Source: an uncultured delta proteobacterium
GTDB lineage: Bacteria; Desulfobacterota; Desulfobacteria; Desulfobacterales; UBA2156
Assembly: GCA_963736855.1 (NCBI GenBank)
Contig: CAVTQK010000017.1
Coordinates: 128,001 to 192,000, forward strand
DNA: 64,000 nt
Direction: 5' to 3'
Part shown: one piece after another, positions 11,941-21,026 of the stretch
How the letters are laid out: each line of letters starts with the position of its first letter
How positions within the stretch are numbered: position 1 is the stretch's first letter
Program-made: the position numbers and the translations under genes
The notes under the pieces: model-generated
The model's input: the letters and a program-made list of their open reading frames with translations, nothing else
Told to the model about the DNA's origin: nothing
Databases searched by the model: none

Positions 11941-13005
11941 ATGGGAAACGCCTTCGCATTTATTATTGTTTTGGGTGTTTTGGTTTTTTTCCACGAACTG
12001 GGGCATTTTTTAATGGCCCGGTTTTTCGGAGTGGGCGTGGAAAAATTCAGCCTGGGATTCGGGCCCAAGATTCTGGGTAAAACGGTCGGGATCACGGAGT
12101 ATCGGTTTTCGGCCATCCCTTTGGGCGGATATGTCAAGATGGTCGGGGAAGAACCGGATGCCGAGATCGACCCGGCCGACATCCCTATTTCCTTCACCCA
12201 TAAACATGTCCTCAAAAGAATGCTCATCGTTGCGGCCGGTCCCGTGTTCAATCTGCTTCTGGCCGTGATCATCTTTTTTGCCATCTTTTGGATTTCCGGG
12301 ATGTATATCCTCAAGCCGGTTGTGGGAAAGGTGAACCAGGGATCCCCTGCATCCGCCGCAGGATTTCAGGCAAGGGATTGGGTTCTGGCCATCGACGGTC
12401 AGGCGGTGACCACCTGGGAAGAGATGGCCGAAAAGATTTCAACCAGCAAAGGGAAACGGTTACGCATCACGATTGATCGGCATGGGGCTCATGTCGAGCT
12501 GGAGGTCACACCGGAACTCACCTCCTCTGCGACCATTTTCGGCGAGGCCATCGACCGCCACACGATCGGCATCGTAGCGGCAGGAGAAACCGAGCGGTTG
12601 GCTCTCGGATTTTTCGGGGCTGTCACGAAAAGCATAACCCAGACGTACATCGTGGCTAAACTGACCCTCGTGAGCATTGTCAAGCTTATCCAGGGCACCC
12701 TTTCCGTCAAGACCCTGGGCGGGCCCATCATGATCGCTCAGATGGCCGGCGAGCAAGCAAGGGCCGGGGCCGAGGCCCTCATTTTTTTCATTGCTTTGAT
12801 CAGCGTCAACCTGGCCGTTATCAATTTTTTGCCGATCCCGGTTCTGGACGGCGGACACCTGATGTTTTTCTTCATCGAGGCTGTTATTGGAAGACCGGTG
12901 AGTATGAAGATGCGCGAGATGGCTCAACGGGTCGGCATCTTTGTTCTCGTCCTTTTAATGATCTTTGTTTTTTACAACGACATCGCTCGTATCCTATTCA
13001 GCTGA
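11941..13005 (+). CDS. rseP: RIP metalloprotease RseP (M50, PDZ)
   Basis: HELGH, NFLPIPVLDGGH, PDZ segment. Confidence 0.95.
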   Translation: MGNAFAFIIVLGVLVFFHELGHFLMARFFGVGVEKFSLGFGPKILGKTVGITEYRFSAIPLGGYVKMVGEEPDAEIDPADIPISFTHKHVLKRMLIVAAGPVFNLLLAVIIFFAIFWISGMYILKPVVGKVNQGSPASAAGFQARDWVLAIDGQAVTTWEEMAEKISTSKGKRLRITIDRHGAHVELEVTPELTSSATIFGEAIDRHTIGIVAAGETERLALGFFGAVTKSITQTYIVAKLTLVSIVKLIQGTLSVKTLGGPIMIAQMAGEQARAGAEALIFFIALISVNLAVINFLPIPVLDGGHLMFFFIEAVIGRPVSMKMREMAQRVGIFVLVLLMIFVFYNDIARILFS

Positions 13006-13017
13006 GTGGAGACTCCG

Positions 13018-16014
13018 ATGCCGCACCGGCTGGAAATTGCTCTGAAGCCCGACCTGAGGGATCCTATTGGTGCGGCTATCTGTAAAAAAGCCTTCGACTA
13101 TTTCGGCATCCGCTTGGAGAGCGTCCGGGTGATTCATGTGCTGACCCTCGACGCCGATTTTTCGGAAAAGCAATTGAGCCGGATCAAAGACGAGATTTTC
13201 ACCAATCCGGTCATCCAAATTTCATCCTTTGAACCGCTTTTAATCCCTTTTGACTGGGGCATCTGGGTCGGTTACCGGCCTGGGGTCAGGGACAATCCGG
13301 GAAGCACCGCCATGGAGGCCGTCGAAGATGTCCTGGGAATACGCTTTTTGCCGGAAGAGGCCATTTACACCTCCAGGCGATATTGCGTGATGGGAAACGA
13401 TTTGAATCGGGCGGATATGGAGCGCATCGCCTCGGAGCTTTTAGCGAACGATATCATCCAGCAGTGGAAGCTTTTCCATAAGGACGCATGGGATAAAAAA
13501 TCCGGTATCGGATGGATCATCCCGAAGGTGGTGCTGGATCATGTGCCCACGGTGACCGTGATCCCCATCGAAAGCGACGCGAAGCTTGCCGAGATCAGCC
13601 GGAAGCGCAACCTGGCGCTCAACCCCAACGATATTCCCACCATCCGGGCTTATTTCCTGGATGAGGCGGTGAGGGAACAAAGGGCTGCCGTCGGGCTTTC
13701 GGATCCCACGGATGTAGAGATCGAATACATTTCTCAGGCCCGGAGCGATCATTGCAACCATAACACGTTCCGGGGCCTGTTCCGCTACACGGATTTTTCC
13801 ACCGGTCGAAAAGAGATCGTGGACAACCTTTTCAAGACCTTCATCGAAGCGCCCACCGTAGCTTTGATGAAGGAAAAACCCTGGGTGATTTCGGTTTTAT
13901 GGGACAACGCAGGTGTGGGCCGGCTCAACGCGGATTATCATTACGTCATTACCGGCGAGACGCACAATTCACCCTCCAACATGGAGGCCTACGGCGGCGC
14001 CCTCACGGGGATCGTGGGGATCTACCGGGATCCCATGGGGACCGGAAAGGGGTCGAAGCTGATCATGGGAAGCTACGGGTTCTGCGTGGGGCACCGAGAT
14101 TACAACGGCGAGCTCAAGCCCCGGCTGCACCCCAGGCGTCTTTTGGACGGGGTCATCGAAGGGGTCCGGGACGGCGGGAACAAGAGCGGTATTCCCACCG
14201 CCTTCGGCCAGGTCTTTTTTCATACAGGGTACATGGGCAAATGCCTGGTTTTCGTCACCGCCCTCGGGCTCATGCCTCAAACCGTGAAGGGTGAACCGGC
14301 CGAAAAAAAGAGCATTGAACCGGGAGATCTTGTCATCATGTGCGGCGGTCGGGTCGGGAAAGACGGCATCCACGGCGTTACGGCTTCCTCCGAATCTTTT
14401 TCAGAGCATACACCCGCAGGGCACGTCCAGATCGGCGATCCCTATACGCAGAAAAAGATGCACGATTTTCTTCTGGAGGCCCGGGACGAGGGGCTGATTC
14501 AGTTCATCACCGACAACGGGGGAGGCGGTCTTTCGTCTTCCGTTGGGGAGTCGGCCCGGTTTTCCGGAGGGTGCAGGATCGAGCTGGAAAAAGTCCCCCT
14601 GAAATACGCGGGACTCGATCAATGGGAGATCTGGGTTTCAGAATCCCAGGAGCGCATGACCGTGGCTGTCCGGCCGGAAGATCTGGATCGATTCATGACT
14701 CTGTCCAAGAAGCATGCCGTGGAAAGCACGGTCATCGGAAATTATACCGATTCGGGAAAGCTGCATATTACTTACGATGACAAGCCCTGCGCCTACGTGG
14801 ACCTGGATCTTTTGACCGGCGGATTCCCCCAGTGGGAGTTTGATGCCGAATGGGTTCCCCCGAGTCAGCGGGGGCTTTTCGAACCGGTCCTCAGGGAGCC
14901 GGAGGATTTCTCGGTGTTATTGAACGATATGCTGGCAAGGCCCAATGTCTGTTCCAAGGAGTGGATCGTCCGGCAGTACGACCATGAGGTCCAGGGGACC
15001 AGCGTCATCAAACCCTTGGTAGGCAGACAGCGGAATGTCCCCGGCGACGCGGCGGTCATTCGGCCGGATTTGAAATCTTTTGCCGGGCTGGCCTTTGCCC
15101 AGGCCCTCCTTCCCACCTACTCGCAAATCGACGCCTATGCCATGACGGCCTGCGGCATCGATGAGGCGGTGCGCCGGGTCCTTTCCGTAGGCGGGACTCT
15201 GGATCATATCGGCGGCGTGGATAATTTCTGCTGGCCCAATATCCAGTATCATCCCATCGACAACCCGGACGGCAAGTTCAAGGCCGCCCAATTGGTACGT
15301 TCCTGCAGGGCCCTGAAAACGATGTGCGAAGCCTTCGGGATCCCCCTGCTTTCCGGAAAAGACAGCATGTACGTGGACGGACACCTGCCGGGAAGATACG
15401 GCGAAACGCATAAGGTGTCGGCGCTTCCGACCCTTCAATTCTCGGCCGTAAGCGTCATCGACGACATCGAAAAGTGCGTGACCATGGACTGCAAGCTCCC
15501 CAGGGACCTGGTGTATGTGATCGGCGTCACCCATGATGAACTGGGCGCTTCGGAGTATTACGAGCGCTTCGGTTATATCGGCCTCAATGTGCCCCAGGTT
15601 CGGCCCGAAAGGCTGATTCCTCTTTACTGGGCCCTGGAAGCAGCCGTTTCAGGAGGGCTTGCGGCATCGGTCCACGGGATCTACCGAGGAGGGCTGGGCG
15701 TGCACCTGGCTCTGGTTGCTATGGCCGGCTGTCTGGGGATGGAAATCGATCTCAGACAGGTTCCTGCGGAAGGGGTCACCCGAAACGACGCGATTCTTTT
15801 TTCCGAATCCGCCGGCCGTTTCATCGTCACCCTGGATCCGGGAAAACGAGACGCTTTCGAGGCGCTCTTTGCGGATCTTCCCTGTGCCTGCGTGGGGCGC
15901 GTCACACAGGACCCGGTTTTGAAAATCTTCGGACTCGACGGCCGGATCCGGATCGAAGCCGATATATTCCATCTTAAAGAGGCCTGGAAGAAGCCCTTTG
16001 GAGGCCTGATATGA
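13018..16014 (+). CDS. purL: Phosphoribosylformylglycinamidine synthase large subunit with N-terminal PurS-like region
   Basis: SDHCNH, ETHNSPS, VQIGDP, SESQERM, QYDHEV, SGKDS. Confidence 0.93.
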   Translation: MPHRLEIALKPDLRDPIGAAICKKAFDYFGIRLESVRVIHVLTLDADFSEKQLSRIKDEIFTNPVIQISSFEPLLIPFDWGIWVGYRPGVRDNPGSTAMEAVEDVLGIRFLPEEAIYTSRRYCVMGNDLNRADMERIASELLANDIIQQWKLFHKDAWDKKSGIGWIIPKVVLDHVPTVTVIPIESDAKLAEISRKRNLALNPNDIPTIRAYFLDEAVREQRAAVGLSDPTDVEIEYISQARSDHCNHNTFRGLFRYTDFSTGRKEIVDNLFKTFIEAPTVALMKEKPWVISVLWDNAGVGRLNADYHYVITGETHNSPSNMEAYGGALTGIVGIYRDPMGTGKGSKLIMGSYGFCVGHRDYNGELKPRLHPRRLLDGVIEGVRDGGNKSGIPTAFGQVFFHTGYMGKCLVFVTALGLMPQTVKGEPAEKKSIEPGDLVIMCGGRVGKDGIHGVTASSESFSEHTPAGHVQIGDPYTQKKMHDFLLEARDEGLIQFITDNGGGGLSSSVGESARFSGGCRIELEKVPLKYAGLDQWEIWVSESQERMTVAVRPEDLDRFMTLSKKHAVESTVIGNYTDSGKLHITYDDKPCAYVDLDLLTGGFPQWEFDAEWVPPSQRGLFEPVLREPEDFSVLLNDMLARPNVCSKEWIVRQYDHEVQGTSVIKPLVGRQRNVPGDAAVIRPDLKSFAGLAFAQALLPTYSQIDAYAMTACGIDEAVRRVLSVGGTLDHIGGVDNFCWPNIQYHPIDNPDGKFKAAQLVRSCRALKTMCEAFGIPLLSGKDSMYVDGHLPGRYGETHKVSALPTLQFSAVSVIDDIEKCVTMDCKLPRDLVYVIGVTHDELGASEYYERFGYIGLNVPQVRPERLIPLYWALEAAVSGGLAASVHGIYRGGLGVHLALVAMAGCLGMEIDLRQVPAEGVTRNDAILFSESAGRFIVTLDPGKRDAFEALFADLPCACVGRVTQDPVLKIFGLDGRIRIEADIFHLKEAWKKPFGGLI

Positions 16015-16826
16015 GGCGCGTCAAAGTATTGGTCCTTGCCGGGTACGGCCTCAACTGCGACCACGAGACCGCTTATGCTTTCGGCCTTGCAGGGGCTGAT
16101 GCGGAAAGGGTCCATATCAATTCCCTGATTGACGGGTCCGTTTCCATTGGGGACTATCAAATCCTGGCCTTTGTGGGCGGATTTTCGTGGGGCGACGACC
16201 ACGGCGCCGGCGTGATCCAGGCGGTTCGCATGGGCACCCACATCGGCGGATCGTTGATCGAGTTCATCCGGAAAGGAGGCCTGGTCATCGGAATCTGCAA
16301 CGGGTTTCAGGCCCTGGTCAACCTGGGTCTTTTGCCGGGGCTGGAAAGCGACTACCGGCGCCGCTCCGTGGCTTTGGTAGGCAATGACTGCGGCAATTTC
16401 AGAGACGACTGGGTCGCATTGCAGGTCAATCCAAAATCTCCTTGCGTCTTTACACAGGGTTTGGATCGCCTGGAACTTCCCATCCGGCATGGGGAAGGCA
16501 AGTTTTTCACCGATCCTTCTACCCTGAAGCGTCTTAATGAAAGCAAACAGGTCGTCTTGCGTTATGCCCTTCCTGATGGGACCCCGGCCAAAGGCCGTTT
16601 CCCCGAAAATCCCAACGGCTCCCTGGAGGACATCGCCGGGATCTGCGACCCCACCGGTCGGGTCTTCGGCCTCATGCCCCACCCGGAAGGCTTTAACCAC
16701 CTGTCCAACCATCCCGAATGGACGATGGAAAAGGAGATCAGCAAACGTCGGGGGCATCCGACAAGTTTCCCCCGTAACCTGGGAATCCGCCTCTTTCAAA
16801 ACGCCGTTGAATTTCTTGTGCGTTAA
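16011..16826 (+). CDS. purQ: FGAM synthase glutamine amidotransferase subunit
   Basis: GGFSWGD, GICNGFQ, MPHPE. Confidence 0.93.
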   Translation: MRRVKVLVLAGYGLNCDHETAYAFGLAGADAERVHINSLIDGSVSIGDYQILAFVGGFSWGDDHGAGVIQAVRMGTHIGGSLIEFIRKGGLVIGICNGFQALVNLGLLPGLESDYRRRSVALVGNDCGNFRDDWVALQVNPKSPCVFTQGLDRLELPIRHGEGKFFTDPSTLKRLNESKQVVLRYALPDGTPAKGRFPENPNGSLEDIAGICDPTGRVFGLMPHPEGFNHLSNHPEWTMEKEISKRRGHPTSFPRNLGIRLFQNAVEFLVR

Positions 16827-16993
16827 TGCCCAGGTACTTTTATCTGCCATATCGAAGCCGTGTTAAGATCCCGGGCACTTTCCTCCCCATCTGTCTTTAA
16901 CCGGATGGATGGGGGATCTGATATCCGGTGAATACGGCGGCGCACGAGGGTTGACTTTATGCAGGGTGTCCGATAAATAATTACTTAAGGTGA

Positions 16994-18829
16994 ATGGGAA
17001 TGCTTCCTTCAAACGGCGATAAAGCCCCCTTATCTATCCGCTCCGTCTGTGAGATCTTGTATAAGAAAGGTCTGATCTCCAAACCTCAAGCCCAACATAT
17101 CCTGACCAAAGGAGTGACCCTCTATAAAAAGCGGGAACGCCAGACGGATGTGAAGGGGTCTCATCCGACATCTGCAGGACATGCCGCTGATGGATTCGAC
17201 TCAGTGGATCTGATTGCGACCCTGAACATGGAGCGGGCCGACAATTCCGCCCTGAAGCTGGATGAAGAGACCATCTACGAGGCGATGGCCCAGGCCTGGA
17301 AGATTCCCTATAAAAAAATCGATCCGCTCAAACTCGATCTCAACCTGGTGACCACCACCATTCCCCGTACGTTCGCCATGCGCCACCTGGTCCTCCCCAT
17401 CGGAGTGAAAGACGGCACCCTGACCGTGGCGACCCCAAACCCCTTCAACATGGAGGCCCTGGATGACATTACCCGGGCCAGCCTCATGAAGGTCAACCCC
17501 GTCGTGAGTCCCAAGAGCGATATCGTCAAACTCATCCAGGAATTTTTCGGATTCAAGCGCTCCATCTCGGAAGCCGAGATCCAGTATACCGGCCCCATGG
17601 TGGACCTCGGGAATCTGGAGCAGTACGTCAAATTGAGGTCCGCCGACGAGCTTCCCTCCACAGACCAGCACATCGTCAACGCGGTGAATTACCTCTTCAT
17701 CTACGCCTTTGAACAACGCGCCAGCGACATCCATATCGAGCCCAAGCGCAACACCAGTAAGGTGCGGATGCGCATCGACGGGATGCTGCACAACGTCTAT
17801 GATCTGCCCAAGGCCGTTCATTCGGCCATCGTGAGCCGGATCAAAACCCTGTCCCGGATGGACATGGCGGAGAAGCGCCGGCCCCAGGACGGCCGCATTA
17901 AGATGGACAGGGGGGATGTGGAGGTGGAGATCCGGGTTTCCACCATTCCGGTGGCGTTCGGAGAAAAGATCGTGCTGCGTATCATGGATCCGGATATCCT
18001 GTTTCAGGATCTGGACAATTTGGGCTTTTCCGCCACCGACCTGATCCGCTTCAACCATTTCATCAACAAGCCCCACGGCATCGTCCTGGTATGCGGCCCC
18101 ACCGGAAGCGGCAAATCGACGACCCTGTATTCCACTTTGAGGACCATCTCTTCGCCCGAGGTCAATGTCACCACCGTAGAAGACCCCATTGAAATGGTGC
18201 ACGAGTCCTTTAACCAAATCGGGGTTCAGCCCCTGGCCGGAATCACTTTTTCCTCCATTCTGCGCAACATCCTGCGTCAGGATCCGGACATCATCATGAT
18301 CGGTGAAATGCGGGATCTGGAAACTGCGGAAAACGCGGTCCAGGCCGCACTAACCGGACATCTGGTTCTTTCCACCTTGCACACCAATGATGCGGCCTCG
18401 GCCATCACACGGCTTTTGGAGCTGGGTGTCCCGCCGTTTTTAATCCAATCCACGCTCATCGGAATCCTGGGACAGCGCCTGGTGAGGAAAATCTGTAACT
18501 ATTGCGTGGAAACCTTTGAAATGGAGGCTTCGGAACTCAGGGAGATGGGACTCGATCCCGGGAAGGATGGGCGCATCCGTATAAAACGCGGGAAGGGGTG
18601 TCTGAAGTGCCGCGGAACCGGCTACCTGGGACGCACAGCGATCTTTGAGGTATTACCCTGCACCGAGTCCATCAAGAAGCTCATCGTCCCCAATGCAGAC
18701 ATAAGCACCATCCAGGCCATTGCCAAGCGGGAGGGGATGGTGACCATGAGGGAAAATTCCATCCGGCAGATGCTCTCGGGTGTCACCACCTACCAGGAAG
18801 TGCTGCGGGTGACCTGGGAGCAGAGCTGA
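16994..18829 (+). CDS. GspE/PilB-family secretion/pilus assembly ATPase
   Basis: ASDIHIEP, PQDGR, GPTGSGKST, Walker B IMIGEMRD, two CxxC pairs. Confidence 0.92.
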   Translation: MGMLPSNGDKAPLSIRSVCEILYKKGLISKPQAQHILTKGVTLYKKRERQTDVKGSHPTSAGHAADGFDSVDLIATLNMERADNSALKLDEETIYEAMAQAWKIPYKKIDPLKLDLNLVTTTIPRTFAMRHLVLPIGVKDGTLTVATPNPFNMEALDDITRASLMKVNPVVSPKSDIVKLIQEFFGFKRSISEAEIQYTGPMVDLGNLEQYVKLRSADELPSTDQHIVNAVNYLFIYAFEQRASDIHIEPKRNTSKVRMRIDGMLHNVYDLPKAVHSAIVSRIKTLSRMDMAEKRRPQDGRIKMDRGDVEVEIRVSTIPVAFGEKIVLRIMDPDILFQDLDNLGFSATDLIRFNHFINKPHGIVLVCGPTGSGKSTTLYSTLRTISSPEVNVTTVEDPIEMVHESFNQIGVQPLAGITFSSILRNILRQDPDIIMIGEMRDLETAENAVQAALTGHLVLSTLHTNDAASAITRLLELGVPPFLIQSTLIGILGQRLVRKICNYCVETFEMEASELREMGLDPGKDGRIRIKRGKGCLKCRGTGYLGRTAIFEVLPCTESIKKLIVPNADISTIQAIAKREGMVTMRENSIRQMLSGVTTYQEVLRVTWEQS

Positions 18830-18858
18830 TCGACCTTCCGTCGTGAGGAAAATGCGGC

Positions 18859-19893
18859 CTATTCCATCAGGGACGGAGCGCGGAACCGATAGCCTGCGGA
18901 AACCTTTCTGTCCGTCTGGGTAATCGCCACGGTGGCGACCCCCTCCTCGGCCAACAGCACCAGGATGGTCCCGAAATCGATGGGGCCGACCGTCACCTCC
19001 TGTTTAGTTTCGGGTTTAATCCTCTTGTCATATTCGCAGATCAGATACTGTTGACCGGCTTCGACCCCGTCCCGACGCCCCTTGTCGATGAAGGCGATAT
19101 GCCCGTCCCCCATGAGTTCGAGATTTTCTTCCGAGGCCACGATGGTTCCGCTAAGTCCTTTTTGACACCGGGCCAGTGTGATGATGGGGGTGCGTTTTTC
19201 ATAAGGCATGATGAGGTCGTTGATCTTGATCTGCCGGTAGGATTTGATGACGGTGGCCACGGCATATTGTGGCTTGACGTCGGTGACTTCCACCACGCCG
19301 GTCAAATAATGATGGACTCCCAGCCCGGGCGGCGCCAGGGAACCGGGGATGGGCTGGGTTCTAAAGACCGTGTAACGGCCGCCGGCTTCAAAGGGCTCGC
19401 CTTCCGTCTTCCAGAGAAAGACCTCGTCTCCATCGGCGATGATGATCTTGTCTCCGATCACCTTGAAAAGAGATCCGATCGGTTTGGCCGGTTCCGGCCT
19501 GACGAACCCGGCGGCGTCGATGGGGGAAAAGATCGCGAAGGGCGCTTCACTCCCGGTAACCTGGGGGGAAATCAAACGCAGAGGAATTTTCTTGGTTCCA
19601 CCCCCGTGGTATAGGCAGATCCGGTCTCCTTCCTTGAGATCATACGGATTTTGGATTTGTTTATTGTCTTTCCAAAGCTGGGGCCAGTAGGCTTCCGAAT
19701 CAAAGAACCGCTTGGCGACATCGACCAGCGTTTCCCCTTTTTTGGCGGTGTAATAGATGCCGAACTCATAGGGGAGGTCCTGTTCCGCATTCTGGGCCAG
19801 GGCAGGAAAGGAAAGACAAAGAACCAATCCCAACATCAGAATCGCTTTTGACACGTCGGATAAAGAAGATGGATAAAGCATGGCCGTCCTCAT
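18859..19893 (-). CDS. LysM peptidoglycan-binding protein (TsaP-like)
   Basis: Signal peptide; YTAKKGETLVDVAKRFF...WPQLWKDN..IQNP LysM pattern; in pilus locus. Confidence 0.7.
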   Translation of the reverse strand: MRTAMLYPSSLSDVSKAILMLGLVLCLSFPALAQNAEQDLPYEFGIYYTAKKGETLVDVAKRFFDSEAYWPQLWKDNKQIQNPYDLKEGDRICLYHGGGTKKIPLRLISPQVTGSEAPFAIFSPIDAAGFVRPEPAKPIGSLFKVIGDKIIIADGDEVFLWKTEGEPFEAGGRYTVFRTQPIPGSLAPPGLGVHHYLTGVVEVTDVKPQYAVATVIKSYRQIKINDLIMPYEKRTPIITLARCQKGLSGTIVASEENLELMGDGHIAFIDKGRRDGVEAGQQYLICEYDKRIKPETKQEVTVGPIDFGTILVLLAEEGVATVAITQTDRKVSAGYRFRAPSLME

Positions 19894-20041
19894 TTCTGTT
19901 GGCGTTGATGAAAGGAAACGGCATTTACCTGGATATACCGCAGGAGATATGTTTCAAAAAAAATGGAATCTGTCAAGGAGTTGCAAACGGAAAAAGATAA
20001 AAGCCGATTCCGAATCCCGGCCCTGTGCGATTTATGACGGC

Positions 20042-20620
20042 TCATGGGGAAGGCGGTTTAGGGGACGGATTCCGGGCGGCCTTTGCAGGATCGGGCATTT
20101 TTTTCTCAAAGGCATCCATCTTTTCCTTAAACGCCTTCACATTGACTGTGTAATCGTCGCATCGTTTCTGGTAGGCGGCGATGCGATCTTTCAGCGCAAA
20201 GACCGCATCGTTATAAGCCTTGACCTCGGCCGGCCCTCCGGGGATGCTTCTTTCACGCTGGAGGCGGTCCCTTTCCTTGATGATCTCTGAAAATTCGGCA
20301 TCCAGGGCTTCTTTTTCGGCAAAAACGGACACTCCATCGGCGCCGGTGGAGGCGCTGCTTGGAACTCCAGATGCCGGTGGAACCGGTAAATCCTTTCTGC
20401 TGGGTGTTTCCTCCTTAGGCAGATCCGCTTTGGGTTCCTGTTCCTCCGGAATGACCGAAGGGCGCTGGTTTTCGGGCACCTTCCGGATATCGTCGGTAAA
20501 ATGCGGAACCCCCTGTTCATCCATATACCGGTACGTGCCGGCATCTGCGCACGGTAAACCCCATGCGACCCATTGCATCAGGAAAAAGGCTGCGAAGAAA
20601 AACCGCCAGGGATGATTCAT
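20042..20620 (-). CDS. DUF4124-domain exported protein
   Basis: Signal peptide followed by YRYMDEQGVPHFTD; coiled-coil C-terminus. Confidence 0.75.
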   Translation of the reverse strand: MNHPWRFFFAAFFLMQWVAWGLPCADAGTYRYMDEQGVPHFTDDIRKVPENQRPSVIPEEQEPKADLPKEETPSRKDLPVPPASGVPSSASTGADGVSVFAEKEALDAEFSEIIKERDRLQRERSIPGGPAEVKAYNDAVFALKDRIAAYQKRCDDYTVNVKAFKEKMDAFEKKMPDPAKAARNPSPKPPSP

Positions 20621-20630
20621 GCCGGTTTGC

Positions 20631-20993
20631 CTATTTATTTTTCTTTTCGCTTCGCTTGATCAGCCAGAGGGATTCGATTTTTCCCTTGGAATCCAGCAGA
20701 AAACCCACTTTGTCGCCGACTCGAAAACCGGACGGCCCGGAATTCAAGGCATCCGGCTGATTGAAAGTCGCTCCTGAAGCCAGCTCGTAGTTACTGTCGC
20801 TTATGGTTATTTTGCCGCTGCCGATTTCATCCAGATAACCCCTGCCGTCGAAGCTCAAGGGATATCCCGAATAAATCGGCTTTTCTTCTCCTATCGCTTC
20901 GATGGGATAGGATGCGACAAGGAGAATTCCGACGATGATCATCATCCAAAACCCGTTCGCCCAGGGGCTGTTTTTTTTGTTTATCCGAAGCAT
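20631..20993 (-). CDS. Small exported protein, PilY2-like by position and pattern
   Basis: Signal peptide, beta-rich body; directly downstream of pilY1. Confidence 0.5.
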   Translation of the reverse strand: MLRINKKNSPWANGFWMMIIVGILLVASYPIEAIGEEKPIYSGYPLSFDGRGYLDEIGSGKITISDSNYELASGATFNQPDALNSGPSGFRVGDKVGFLLDSKGKIESLWLIKRSEKKNK

Positions 20994-21026
20994 GGCATTT
21001 CCTTTCGTGTACCGAACATTCTCTTG

